Positions 38,962 to 50,600 of a stretch of DNA of 57,997 nt are shown in pieces. Below the pieces are notes generated by a model that saw nothing but the letters and a program-made list of their open reading frames with translations, made no database searches and was not told where the DNA came from. Within the stretch, counting starts at the first letter, position 1. Each line of letters starts with the position of its first letter. A program made the translations under genes and the position numbers. Origin of the DNA: Tubiluchus corallicola (lineage: Eukaryota; Animalia; Priapulida); assembly GCA_030141605.1 (NCBI GenBank), contig JAQGDQ010002416.1:1-57997 (forward strand). The letters run 5' to 3'.

Positions 38962-40941
38962 TCAATTGTATTTCTTATCATCTGTTAGTCCCTTCCATTC
39001 GTCTGTTCTAAAAGGAACAACGGGCAAACTATTTTCATTATATAAATCTATTGTACCAGGATTCTTAGCCCAAGCATATCTTACCGCCACAGGGTTTTGC
39101 ACTTTATCACAGTAAACTTCTACCACATTATCACCTACTATCTTAGCCGATGCCCAATAGAATTTCTTATCCTCTCCTGCAATGGCAAAGCCTGATACAT
39201 AACCATATTTATTTGTTGTTATCAATTTACCTCCTGACTTTGTAAATTCTATTACAGCTTTTCCATTAGAAAAACTAACCTTGTCGTACAATGTGTTTTG
39301 AGCAATGTTGCTTTTACCATAGGTTGTTCTCAATGCTTCTAAACACAACCTACGCCCTACTTCTTGTTTATTCTTAGGATGAATATCGTTTGCCTCCCCT
39401 ATGTCGATAGCCAAAGCCATACCCGTATACTGTTTTTTAGAAGTTAAGAACTGAGCCTCTCTCAACTCTGCCCAATCACTATTTTGTGGCTTGTTGTCCT
39501 CTTTGCCATAGTTGGCTAACTGAACAAAGAGAAACGGAAGTTCAGGCTGCACAAACTTACTACGCCAATCATCTATCAATGCAGGAAACAAAGAACGGTA
39601 TTCGTATCCCCTACTTGCATTAGATTCGCCCTGATACCAAATTACTCCTTTGATAGAAAAATCCAACATTGGATGAATCATCGCATTATAAAGCACATTA
39701 GGAGAAATATATGGACTAATATTTACAATTTTAGGCTGTGGAAATTTTTTGGAGTTGATTTTTAGCCCTGCTTTGATTTTCCAATCTCCTTCAAGTGTAT
39801 TTGTTACCCAAAGTGGATGAAAATTTAAACCACCCTTTCCCTCTACATTAAAAACTCTTATAACAAGAAGGTTGTCTTTTGGCTTCAAATCCTTGGTAGG
39901 CACAAAATAATGTCTCCAATTCTTGTCGCCATAAGTTTCTCCTACCTTTATACCATTTACCCACGTAATATCGTAATCTTTTATCAAGTTCAAGTCTATC
40001 GTATACATATCTTGGCTGTACCCCTCAGGTAGGTCAAAAGTAGTACAAAACCACACAGCGCCATCAAAATCATCCAAACCAACATTTGCATCCTCCCAAT
40101 AATTCGGAAGTTCTATTTTCTCCCAATCAGAAAAATCTGTCGACGGCAAATACCACTTTTCTTTTATTCCTTTTCCCTTCAAATAATGCTTTGGTTTCCA
40201 TTCTTTTTTATAGGTTTCGAAATCCTTATTAATTTCCTCAAAAGACCTATAATCTTCTTCTATACTTGCAACAGCATTGTTGAACTGCGAAAATCTTTTA
40301 AGAGTTTCCAAGCTCATCCAAGGCTCTATAGCAGAGCCACTCCAATTAGCACTTATCAGTCCTATTGGCACATTCAAACTATCTTGTAAGTTTCTTGCAA
40401 AGAAGTAGCCTACTGCCGAAAGTGGTATAACATTTTCATTCACGGCTATTTTCCACTCACCGCTTTTATAATCGTTTCGTGGTATTCCATCCACTTCATT
40501 CTGCACATAAAAATACCGAATGTTGCTATTATTAGCAGCCTTGCTAACTTTCTCTTTGTATGGAAAATGTCCTATTGTATATTCCATATTAGATTGCCCG
40601 CCACATATCCACACATCACCAAATGTAATATTTCGAAATGCAACCACTTCATTACCCATACTTATTTTCATCGTATAGTTCCCTCCTGCTGCTTTTGAAG
40701 GTAAGGTTATTTCCCAATCAGAGTTTTTGGCTACTTGGGTAGTATAATTCTTGCCATCAAATAGTAATTTTACCTCTTCGTCGGGTACACCCCAACCCCA
40801 CACTTTTACAATTCTATCCCTTTGCAATATCATATTATCTGAAAAAAGCTGATGCACTTTAAGCTGTGCCATCGCTTCATTAGCAAACAAACAAAGAGAA
40901 AAAAAGAACAACAAAATCAACACATTACATTTTCTTTTCAT
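38962..40941 (-). CDS. Sialate O-acetylesterase-family (SASA) protein
   Basis: FSDNMILQR, GDVWICGGQSNME, GVIWYQGESN, DIHPKNK and PVAVRYAW. Confidence 0.9.
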   Translation of the reverse strand: MKRKCNVLILLFFFSLCLFANEAMAQLKVHQLFSDNMILQRDRIVKVWGWGVPDEEVKLLFDGKNYTTQVAKNSDWEITLPSKAAGGNYTMKISMGNEVVAFRNITFGDVWICGGQSNMEYTIGHFPYKEKVSKAANNSNIRYFYVQNEVDGIPRNDYKSGEWKIAVNENVIPLSAVGYFFARNLQDSLNVPIGLISANWSGSAIEPWMSLETLKRFSQFNNAVASIEEDYRSFEEINKDFETYKKEWKPKHYLKGKGIKEKWYLPSTDFSDWEKIELPNYWEDANVGLDDFDGAVWFCTTFDLPEGYSQDMYTIDLNLIKDYDITWVNGIKVGETYGDKNWRHYFVPTKDLKPKDNLLVIRVFNVEGKGGLNFHPLWVTNTLEGDWKIKAGLKINSKKFPQPKIVNISPYISPNVLYNAMIHPMLDFSIKGVIWYQGESNASRGYEYRSLFPALIDDWRSKFVQPELPFLFVQLANYGKEDNKPQNSDWAELREAQFLTSKKQYTGMALAIDIGEANDIHPKNKQEVGRRLCLEALRTTYGKSNIAQNTLYDKVSFSNGKAVIEFTKSGGKLITTNKYGYVSGFAIAGEDKKFYWASAKIVGDNVVEVYCDKVQNPVAVRYAWAKNPGTIDLYNENSLPVVPFRTDEWKGLTDDKKYN

Positions 40942-40952
40942 AGCTTTTATTT

Positions 40953-43310
40953 TTAATTCATAAAGGAAGGAGGAGCATCCTTATCGGCACTGCCCCATTT
41001 TTTATTAGGTTTGTCTCCCATAATCAATTCCAACTTTCCTCCACCAACAACATCTGTATGATAAAGCCAAGGTTTTGATAACTCCTTACCATTTAATTTG
41101 GCCGACTGTATATATCTATTGTCTTTGGAGTTGTTTTTCGTCTCTATTACAAATTGTTTTCCACTGTAATAATTGTTGTCCAACTGTATCGTTACCCTGT
41201 CAAATATAGGACTTCCAATCTCCCATATAGGTGTAACAGAAGCTCCTCCGTTCATTTGAAATAAGCCAATAGAACTCATTACAAACCAAGCTCCCATTTG
41301 CCCTTGATCTTCATCACCGGGCCATCCATCAATAGGGCCTGCACCATAAAATTCATACATAATTTCGCGTACCCATTTTTGTGTAAGCCAAGGCTTTCCT
41401 GCATAATTAAAAAGATACGCTGCCTGCATATTAGGCTGGTTGCCGTGATTGACAGGTAACACGCCAACAGAGTGTAAGCTTTCGGAAAAATCTACCCCTT
41501 CCGAATTAAACTTCCAAGGAGCGGACTGTTCAAAACCTTTATTTAAACGATGATTGAAAGTTTCTTTGCCTAAGAAATCAACAATATATTTTACATTATG
41601 TGGTACAAACCACGTATATTGCCACGCATTGCCCTCCACATAGCCTGCACCCAAAAACGTACTGCAACAAAGAGAATCAAAAGGCTCAACCCAACTACCA
41701 TCTTCATACCTCATTCTTACATATTTTACGGAAGGGTCAAATACATTCTCATAATTTTGAGAACGCTTCATAAAATATTTAAACTCTTTTTTCTTTCCCA
41801 GAGCTTTTGCAAACTGTGCCACACACCAATCGTCATAAGCAAATTCTAATGTGTTACTTACAGGCCCTCGCTCATTAGGTATATAGCCCAAATCCATATA
41901 AGCATCCAAAGCCCTATTTCCTGCATATCCTCCTGCATCGTGTGCCCTACCCGGCACCATTTGTTGATGATACATTGCCTCAAAGGCTTTCTCTGTGTCA
42001 AAATCTGTAATACCACTTTGATATGCTGCCACCATTAAGGGGATAGAATGAGAAGCAACCATTATTCCAGAGTATTCTATCCCCGTTGGACCCTTGGGCA
42101 ACCACCCTCCTTTATCATAAATCTCCAACAAAGACTTTACCCATTTCTTGCTAACATCAGGAGTAACTAAATTCCATAATTGATTTAAGTTCCAAAATGT
42201 ATTCCAAAAAGCATCTCCTCCATAAATAGGTTCATCTGGGTTGGGCATTTGTTGTTCTTTTTCCCACATATCTATGTACTTCCCGTTTACATCGCTCCAA
42301 ATAGTTCTTCCTACATAAGCCCTATACATATTGGTATAAAATTTTATTTTATCCTCTTCGTTGTTGGTTTCTATTTTTATTTTTGATAAAATATCGTTCC
42401 ACGTATTTTGAGATTCTTCTACCACAGCATCAAAATCCCAAGCAAATTTATTTGTCAATTCTTCATCCAAATTCAATCGTGCTTGTTCTATACTTACTAA
42501 CGATATTCCTACTTGCACCATAATAGGTTCATTTTGTTCTGTGTCATATTCCACCCAAAAGCCACAATCTTTATGTCCCCACCCTGCATAAAATTTAGAT
42601 ACGTCTTTTGTTATCTCATCTTTTATCCAGTAGTTGAAACTTCTAAAAGGTTTATTAAAGCGAATAAAAAAATGAACTGTATATTCGTTATAATTAGCCC
42701 CTCTCAAACTTTGCTGTATGCTATACCCTGCCAGTTCTGTATCAGATACTTTATCTACTTGTGCATTATAGAACTCAAAACTATATTCAGTATCAAATAC
42801 CAAGTCAAAAAGAACTCTTGCACTATCTGTCTTTGGAAATGTATAACGATGAAAACCTGCACGAGTAGTAGAGGTTAATTCTGCCTTAACATTGTAATCA
42901 TCCAGCAAAACAGAATAGTACCCAACCTTTGCTATTTCATTATCGTGATTAAATTTTGAGCGGTATCCATTCTGCGGTTTCTTTTCAGTTCCCGGCACTA
43001 TTTGCAACTCGCCTACTGTAGGCATAGTAGATAAACCCGCCATAGTCCAAGAATGTATATGACTAAATCCCGTTATATTATCAACCAAATATTCATAACC
43101 TGCTTTCCAGCCTCTCTCTCTATTATCTGGGCTTAATTTCACCATACCAAAGGGCATACTGGGACCCGGAAACAGCATCCAACGAGCATTACTTGTTCCT
43201 ATAAGAGGATCTACATAATCTACTGGTCTTTTATTTCCATTGGTTTGGCTATTAGCATATAAAGTTGTCAGAAATAGAACATTCAATAAAACCAATACGA
43301 CTCTTTTCAT
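40953..43310 (-). CDS. GH92 alpha-mannosidase
   Basis: YVDPLIGT, PFGMVKLSPD, TLEFAYDDW, EGNAWQYTW, HGNQP and GDEDQGQMGAW. Start at 43310 (MKRVVLV) preferred. Confidence 0.93.
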   Translation of the reverse strand: MKRVVLVLLNVLFLTTLYANSQTNGNKRPVDYVDPLIGTSNARWMLFPGPSMPFGMVKLSPDNRERGWKAGYEYLVDNITGFSHIHSWTMAGLSTMPTVGELQIVPGTEKKPQNGYRSKFNHDNEIAKVGYYSVLLDDYNVKAELTSTTRAGFHRYTFPKTDSARVLFDLVFDTEYSFEFYNAQVDKVSDTELAGYSIQQSLRGANYNEYTVHFFIRFNKPFRSFNYWIKDEITKDVSKFYAGWGHKDCGFWVEYDTEQNEPIMVQVGISLVSIEQARLNLDEELTNKFAWDFDAVVEESQNTWNDILSKIKIETNNEEDKIKFYTNMYRAYVGRTIWSDVNGKYIDMWEKEQQMPNPDEPIYGGDAFWNTFWNLNQLWNLVTPDVSKKWVKSLLEIYDKGGWLPKGPTGIEYSGIMVASHSIPLMVAAYQSGITDFDTEKAFEAMYHQQMVPGRAHDAGGYAGNRALDAYMDLGYIPNERGPVSNTLEFAYDDWCVAQFAKALGKKKEFKYFMKRSQNYENVFDPSVKYVRMRYEDGSWVEPFDSLCCSTFLGAGYVEGNAWQYTWFVPHNVKYIVDFLGKETFNHRLNKGFEQSAPWKFNSEGVDFSESLHSVGVLPVNHGNQPNMQAAYLFNYAGKPWLTQKWVREIMYEFYGAGPIDGWPGDEDQGQMGAWFVMSSIGLFQMNGGASVTPIWEIGSPIFDRVTIQLDNNYYSGKQFVIETKNNSKDNRYIQSAKLNGKELSKPWLYHTDVVGGGKLELIMGDKPNKKWGSADKDAPPSFMN

Positions 43311-43330
43311 CACTTTATTTATTTTAAAGT

Positions 43331-45094
43331 TTAAAACCTTACAAATGCTTTTATTGTTCCGCACCTCTTAGCTTCAGAGCTACCATAAGGAGTAATAGTA
43401 TATTCCCCTACGCTAGCAGGAACTATAAATGTTTCGGCATAATGCACAACAAAAGGCTCAAAAGCGCCGCTAGGACTTTCAATTACAACCTCATTACCTT
43501 CTACAAGATTCAATACATTTACATTACCCTGTGTATTGTGTGTAACCTTTTGAGTAAACCAATGCCTACGAGTTTCTATAAACTCATTGCAGTGCAAGCC
43601 TGTACGTTCCTCTACCCAACCATCTCCTTCTTTTAACTTTTCTACCTGATTAATCAAGTGTTTTTTTGCATAATTAGCGTCTCGTTCCCAACGAATAACA
43701 TTTTTACCATGTTCTATGTTGATAGGGCGAGGCTTACCATCTAGCCCCATCCTGCCCCAATCCCAAAGTTTAAAAGTAAAAATGTAAGGCGTAGAGCTAA
43801 TCTCCAATACCATACCATTAGTCCCAGAACAATGAACCGTTCCCGCAGGAATAAGTACGTGGTCGTGTTTCTTTATAGGAAACTTATTTACATACTTTTC
43901 TGCATCAAAAGAATTCTCTCCTTCTTGTGCCAATTGTAAGTCCTCAACCATAGCCTTACTATCTACATCGCTTTTCAAGCCCAAATAGACTGTTCCGTCT
44001 TTCTCTGCATCCAAGAAATAATAACTTTCATCTTGTGTATATTTCATTCCAAATTTCTCTTGAATATAATCAGTAGAAGGATGCACTTGCAAACTAAGGT
44101 TGCCTCCATCCATAGTGTCAAGAAAATCGAACCGTATAGGGAACTCGGCTCCAAATCTTGCTTCTACCTGTTCGCCCAATAAATTAATAGTATCAAAAAA
44201 CACAATATTGATAGAGGGCATTTCTATAAATTCTTCTCCTATTCTGAACAGGATGCTATTTTCCTCTGGTACACAATCGAAACACCAAGCAAAGTTTATT
44301 TTCTCTTTATCCAAATCACATATCTGTTTCATCCATTGTCCTCCCCAAGGGCCTGGGTCAAAATACGGCACCACTCTAAAAGGTTGCTTTGTTGCTTGTT
44401 GTACAGCTTTTTGGACAGTGGCAGCAGTTATCATCTTAGGAGTTTCGGGCTTATTAGTATCTAAGTAAAAATCCCAACGGGTATAACTTGCTCTTTTAAT
44501 CCTATCGCAAATACGCCAATCTACAAAATAGCCCCGCTTATATTGAAGCGAAAAAGCATCATTACTATTTTCTACACCTATACCATTTACTTGTCCCTTT
44601 TTCATACGTTGTTGTATCTCCCAACGAGCCATATCAGCATATATAAACACATCTGCTTTGTCCACCAGCAAAGATGCCCCATAGCCATATAACACTATCA
44701 CCCCATCTTTTATAGTATCTAATTCTTTTTTTAGACAACTTGTTTTCGTATCACTCATTAAGTCCAACATATGCAGCCGTGTCATATAACCGAAAATAGC
44801 ATCATCGGTAACATCCTTCTTTGTAATCTTTTTTATTCTCTCTTCTTCATAGAATGTTGCACTGTGAGAAACTATAAGTTGAGTAGGGTTCAATTGCTTT
44901 AAGCCTTCTATCAATTCATTGTGATGAACTCCTTGATAAGTCTCCACAGCAATTATTTTTTTTTGTTTTTTTATTGTCTCTAATACTGATGTGATTTTAT
45001 TGCAAATTTCATCCCAGTTTGTCCAAGTCTTTTCTTTTGATAAATTTATGTAAGGGTTCTTATTAAAATTAGATTTCCTTTTCTTGTAGTGCAT
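43331..45094 (-). CDS. Class I mannose-6-phosphate isomerase-like cupin protein with N-terminal extension
   Basis: PGPWGGQW, FPIRFDFLDT, NLSLQVHP, QDESYY, IPAGTVH and LEIS. Confidence 0.8.
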   Translation of the reverse strand: MHYKKRKSNFNKNPYINLSKEKTWTNWDEICNKITSVLETIKKQKKIIAVETYQGVHHNELIEGLKQLNPTQLIVSHSATFYEEERIKKITKKDVTDDAIFGYMTRLHMLDLMSDTKTSCLKKELDTIKDGVIVLYGYGASLLVDKADVFIYADMARWEIQQRMKKGQVNGIGVENSNDAFSLQYKRGYFVDWRICDRIKRASYTRWDFYLDTNKPETPKMITAATVQKAVQQATKQPFRVVPYFDPGPWGGQWMKQICDLDKEKINFAWCFDCVPEENSILFRIGEEFIEMPSINIVFFDTINLLGEQVEARFGAEFPIRFDFLDTMDGGNLSLQVHPSTDYIQEKFGMKYTQDESYYFLDAEKDGTVYLGLKSDVDSKAMVEDLQLAQEGENSFDAEKYVNKFPIKKHDHVLIPAGTVHCSGTNGMVLEISSTPYIFTFKLWDWGRMGLDGKPRPINIEHGKNVIRWERDANYAKKHLINQVEKLKEGDGWVEERTGLHCNEFIETRRHWFTQKVTHNTQGNVNVLNLVEGNEVVIESPSGAFEPFVVHYAETFIVPASVGEYTITPYGSSEAKRCGTIKAFVRF

Positions 45095-45123
45095 CCTCCT
45101 GTCTTAACTGCGTTTATTATCTT

Positions 45124-46053
45124 TTATTTTAAAAAATATTCTGCACTCAAAAGCGCCGCTTCATTTATGTTTTTTGCTTCTTTCAATACTATTTCATCAA
45201 TATCAAACCATCCAAAGGATTTAAGTTTATTTTTAATATGAGGCAATATAATATTAGCACTTTTCATAACACCACCTGCTACAACTACAATTTCAGGGTC
45301 GTAGGCATAAATAAGATTTGCAATTCCAACTGCCCACATATCCATACAGTAGTTGTGCAATTTAATTGCACTTTCATTTCTATTTATAGCTTGTTTAAAT
45401 ACGAATTCAAAATCTAAGTTTGTCTCTTTTAATAACTCGTTCTTTTCGCCCAACACATATTTGATTACATTCTTTATGTTCCAAGTAGAAGAGTGTGCTT
45501 CTACACAACCACGACTACCACAATTACATTGCAAGCCACTACAGTCGGCAATGAAATGTCCTCCAAGAATACCAGCCCTATAATGCTTGCCTCTCAACAC
45601 TTGACCACTGACAACAGCAGAGCTGCCAAACCCTGTTCCCAAAGTTACAATCACTACATTGTCATACCCTTTTGCTGCACCATATTGCCACTCTCCTACT
45701 AATGCACTTCTCGCATCATTTTCTATAAAAATAGGTAAATCAAAAACCTTTTTAGCCCATTTGTCCCAATTTAGCTCATAAATATCATTAAACTTATCAT
45801 TGATAAGTATTACTTTTTTTCTATCTGTATCTACAATACCCGGAATGGATACCCCTACTCCTTTCACTTGTTTTCGAACATCAATACCTGTCTTGTCAAG
45901 TAGTGTTTTTACCTCTTTTTCTATGTTTGGCAGATGAGATAATAAACCCTTGTCTGATAAAGAATCTATAACACTAGACTTTACAACCTTTCCCTTATTA
46001 ATAATGCCTATTTTGGTTTTTGTGCCTCCAATATCTAGTCCTATTGTGTACAT
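45124..46053 (-). CDS. ROK-family sugar kinase
   Basis: GLDIGGT, ENDA, TLGTGFG and GH...CNCGSRGCVE; no HTH. Confidence 0.9.
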   Translation of the reverse strand: MYTIGLDIGGTKTKIGIINKGKVVKSSVIDSLSDKGLLSHLPNIEKEVKTLLDKTGIDVRKQVKGVGVSIPGIVDTDRKKVILINDKFNDIYELNWDKWAKKVFDLPIFIENDARSALVGEWQYGAAKGYDNVVIVTLGTGFGSSAVVSGQVLRGKHYRAGILGGHFIADCSGLQCNCGSRGCVEAHSSTWNIKNVIKYVLGEKNELLKETNLDFEFVFKQAINRNESAIKLHNYCMDMWAVGIANLIYAYDPEIVVVAGGVMKSANIILPHIKNKLKSFGWFDIDEIVLKEAKNINEAALLSAEYFLK

Positions 46054-46148
46054 AATTTTCTTACAATATTATAAATATATTCTCATTCCACAAGTCATAG
46101 AATGTAAAAATCAAATATTAAACTTAAATAAATATATGGTTGCCTAAA

Positions 46149-47645
46149 TTAATAATCTGTATTTTGAGTTAAATTAGGGTTTAGCGAAATTTCTCTTTGT
46201 GGTATTGGTAGTTTATTATGATGTGCTTTAGGCAGCGCATTTTTTTTGTCAGAATTTTCTATTGTTTCTACTAATTTTCCAAATCTTACCAAGTCAGACC
46301 ATCTATGCCCCTCCATTACAAACTCCCATCGCCTTTCTAGTAAAATAGCATCTCTAAAATCTTGGTAGCTCAAACCTGACAAATCAGGTAATATATTTTG
46401 CTCTACTGTTCCATCGAACCTTGCTCTTTTTCTCACCTCGTTAATAGCCTCATAGGCATCCCCTGTTGGCGACCCATTAAGTTCGTTCAAAGCCTCTGCA
46501 TACACCAGTAGTATATCTGCATACCTCAAATAAACAAAATCCATATCAGAGCTATTTCCTCTTGGCTCTGCTTCTTGGTCCCAGTATTTGCTAATATGTG
46601 GTTCAAATGTTTTGGTACTACCATCGGAGTAGGTAAAACTTGTAATAAATGTAGAATGTCTTCTTCTATCCAAAGGTTCAAAACTATCATACAATTCATC
46701 GGTAGGACGTTCCCACCCGTGAGCATTGGTAGGCCCCTCCCCATTTTGATCCAACCCGCTAGGCAATAACCTTACCAAAAATTGATTAGGTTTGAATCCT
46801 TGACTTAATGTTCCACTAAAATTAATCCCTAATATGATTTCTCCCTTGTGCATATTTTCTAATTTAAATATGTTGTCGTAGTCTGGCTCCAAATTATACC
46901 TACCACTACTGATAATCTCTTCTGCAAAATCTACAGATTTTTGATAATCGCCTTTAAAAAGATACACCTTTGATAAAAGAGCCTTAGCAATCATTACATC
47001 TGGCACTCCATTACCTGCTCTGAAAGTACCAAAGTTGTTTATCGCATTTTCCAAGTCTTCAATTACTTGTATATAAATATCTTCTGTTTTTACACGAGAA
47101 GGATATGATTCCGACAAACCGGATATAGGTTTTAGTAGCAAGGGAACATCACCAAAAAACTTAATTAACTCAAAATACATCATTCCTCTAAAAAAATAAG
47201 CTTCTGCTAATAAGTGATTTTTTGTAGCTATATTCATATCAATAGCAGGTATCCTCTCCAAACAAACATTAGCAGCATTGATAACTTGATAAAAATCTTG
47301 CCACATATCTAATATTCCTTGATTTTCGGGAGTATGCCTAAAATCAGATAGTAATTGATAGTATGTAAAGGTTCCGTTCTCGAAACAATTGTCAGACAAT
47401 ACATCTTGTATCACCCAATAGTTATTAAAGAAAACACCCCCAAACCCCATATCCCATAGTCCACTATTACCTACAGAAAGAAAATCGTAAATAGCATTAG
47501 TGGCTGCTATGGCATCATCCTCTGTTTGGTAGAAGTTTTCTGTATTAATAACAGATTGAGGGTCTTCATCTAAAAAACCTTTACAAGAAGACAAAATAAA
47601 TACAAGTAAAACAACACCAAGTATTTTATATAGTATATTTCTCAT
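46149..47645 (-). CDS. susD: SusD/RagB-family lipoprotein
   Basis: Lipobox LSSC if translation starts at 47645; AEAYFFRG, FGDVPL, LRYADILLVYAEA, ERRWEF and NPNLTQN. Confidence 0.93.
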   Translation of the reverse strand: MRNILYKILGVVLLVFILSSCKGFLDEDPQSVINTENFYQTEDDAIAATNAIYDFLSVGNSGLWDMGFGGVFFNNYWVIQDVLSDNCFENGTFTYYQLLSDFRHTPENQGILDMWQDFYQVINAANVCLERIPAIDMNIATKNHLLAEAYFFRGMMYFELIKFFGDVPLLLKPISGLSESYPSRVKTEDIYIQVIEDLENAINNFGTFRAGNGVPDVMIAKALLSKVYLFKGDYQKSVDFAEEIISSGRYNLEPDYDNIFKLENMHKGEIILGINFSGTLSQGFKPNQFLVRLLPSGLDQNGEGPTNAHGWERPTDELYDSFEPLDRRRHSTFITSFTYSDGSTKTFEPHISKYWDQEAEPRGNSSDMDFVYLRYADILLVYAEALNELNGSPTGDAYEAINEVRKRARFDGTVEQNILPDLSGLSYQDFRDAILLERRWEFVMEGHRWSDLVRFGKLVETIENSDKKNALPKAHHNKLPIPQREISLNPNLTQNTDY

Positions 47646-47661
47646 AGTTGTATGTGTTTTT

Positions 47662-50600
47662 TTAAAATGATAAGTTAAAGCCCATAGTATATATCCTTGC
47701 CATTGGATAAGAACCATAATCAGCTCCCATACTCAAATTATCGTTCGCAAACCTACTTACTTCTGGATCGTAGCCCTCATAATTCGTAAATGTAAACAAG
47801 TTAATCCCAGTTACAAAAACACTCAAACTTGAAAGTCCTAACCTGTTCAATATCTTTTTAGGAAGGTCATATTTCAATGTTATATTTTTAATTCTCAAAT
47901 ACGAACCGTCCTCCACATAAGCATCAGATAAAGTATTGGCACGAGGTGTTGCATTGGCTCTAGGATATTCGTTAGTAGGGTTATCAGGTGTCCATCGTTG
48001 CAAAGCAGCAGTGCTATTGTTCTTATTACCATCAAAACTTTCTAATGAAAACTTATTAAAATTAACAATTTCATTTCCAATAACCCCTTGCAGGTAAACA
48101 ACAAGAGAAATATTTTTATAAGTAAAGGTATTGTTCATCCCAAAATTAAACAATGGTACTGCATTGCCAAGAATAACAATATCATCCTCATCTAAAACAC
48201 CGTTATTATCCTGATCAACATATTTTCTATCTCCATAAGTAGGTTCACTATCTGAAAAATAAGGTATTTCACTTAAATCCTCTCCCAATTGAATAATACC
48301 ATCAGTCTCATAACCATATATATTACCAATAGGCTGCCCTTCTACAATTCTTGTCCAACCAGTAATTCCTAAAATAGGATTTCCTATAATACCTTCCTCC
48401 GATACATCTTCTGATAATTCCAATACCTTATTTCTATTATGAGAAAGGTTAAAATCCGTTTTCCAGAAAAAATCACCACCAGTAATATTTACAGAACTGA
48501 TACTTACTTCAAAACCTTCGTTTCTTAAACTACCAATATTCAAAAAAGCAGATGTATAACCTGTTGAATAAGGCAAAGGAGTATCTAAAAGTATATCCGT
48601 AGTTTTCTTATGATAATAGTCTGCTGTTAGTGTTAAACGTTCTTTAAACATACCAAAGTCAATCCCCACATTAGATTGTGCAGTAGTTTCCCATTTCAGT
48701 TCTTCATTTTCCATTGAACTTGGAATAGCCCCCGTAATAATTTCATTTTCTCCAAGATAGGCTTGCGTAATTGTTAAATATGACAGCGAGCTATAAGAGG
48801 GAATACCTTCATTGCCTACAAACCCATAACTTATCCTAGTTTTTAAATTACTTATACTTGTTTTGTTTTTCAAAAAATCTTCTTCTATCAATCGCCAAGC
48901 AAACGAACCAGAAGGGAAAAATCCATATTTGTTGCCCTTTCCAAACTTAGACGAACCATCTACCCTTTCTGTGAATGTAAAAAGGTATTTGTTATGTAAA
49001 TTATAATTCACCCTAGCAATGAAAGAAATCATCTGCCACTCATCGTAATGGGTAAGCGAAAGTGTATTGTTTTTACCATTTTGTATAGCGTGATAGTCTA
49101 GTCTATTATCATCAAAATCAGTAGTTGCAGCATACAAATAATTAGAACCAAACTTTTGCATTGTATACCCTCCCAATATATTCAATCTATGTGCATCGTT
49201 TATATCAAATTTGTAGTTCAAGGTATTTTCCCACAACCAAGTCCCTCCATTTGTGTTACCCACAATAGCCTCTCCATTAGAAGATTCTCCCCGCTTTATA
49301 TCATTAGGCGTAAAAGAACGGTCTTCGTTGAAAAAAGCATCGCCACCAAAACTCATCTTAAAATCTAAATCTTCTATCAACTCCCAGTTGAAAAACATAT
49401 TACCAATAATTCTGTTTGAAACGTTTTTAATTTGGGTTTCCGATGCGTCTGCTACGGGGTTTCCCACAGCAGGGTTAGAAGTATTATTTTCATAGGTATA
49501 ATCTCCGTTTTCATCATATACTGGTAGTCCGGGATTAAACTCCAAAGCCCACGAAGTTACAGAAGATGGTATAGCCATTTCGTGGTCTGTTACAACTCCG
49601 TTAGATTCAATATGAGCAATATTGATGTTAAAACCCACTTTTAATTTTTCATTCAATTGTGCATCAATATTGCCTCTTACTCCGGCTTTCTTAAAAGAAG
49701 AACTAATGATAATACCTTCTTGGCTAAGACAGTTAGTAGAAAGAGCATATTGGGTAGATTCATTTCCACCAGTAGCTGAAACCTGAATATCCTGCATAGG
49801 TGCAAGTTTAAAAATCTCATCTTGCCAGTCTGTACCTTCTCCCAAATTAATAGGACTTGCATATATAGGTTTTCTTGGAACTCCTGCATTATCAGCAGCT
49901 TCGTTACCCAGTTCTGCCAACTCCCTTGCATTAAGCATAGGAATTTTTTTACTCACCTCTTGCACACTAAAACTACTACTTACAGCAATTGTAGAGCTAC
50001 CTTTTTCTCCTCTTTTAGTTGTAATAAGTATAACCCCATTAGCGCCTCTGGCACCATAAATTGCCGTAGCAGAAGCATCTTTCAGTATCTCTATAGATGC
50101 TATATCATTAGGATTGATACTTGCAAGAGGGTTTAAATTGGGACTTGCAGTAGCACCAGAGCTCAAAACAGCAGCATCGCTTATTACAGGCACACCATCT
50201 ATTACATAGAGAGGTTCATTAGTTCCGTAAATAGAACTTGTTCCTCTTATGCGTATAGAAGTACCACTGCCAGGTTGCCCTGATGTTTGACTAACAACAA
50301 CACCTGCTGCCCGTCCTTGCAAACCTTGATCTAATGAAGTGATAGAGGTAGCTATTATATCTTCTGATTTTACAGACGATACTGCTCCTGTTAAGTCCGA
50401 TTTTCGCACACTGCCATAACCTACTACCACTACCTCTTCTAACTCTTCCATATTTTCTTTTAATACTACATCAATAGTCGTCCGTCCTTGCACTGCAATA
50501 CTTTGCTTGACAAATCCAATAGAACTAAATTCCAAAGTTGCATCACTGGACAAGGATATACTATACTCTCCATCAATGTTAGAAATAGTACCGTTAGAAG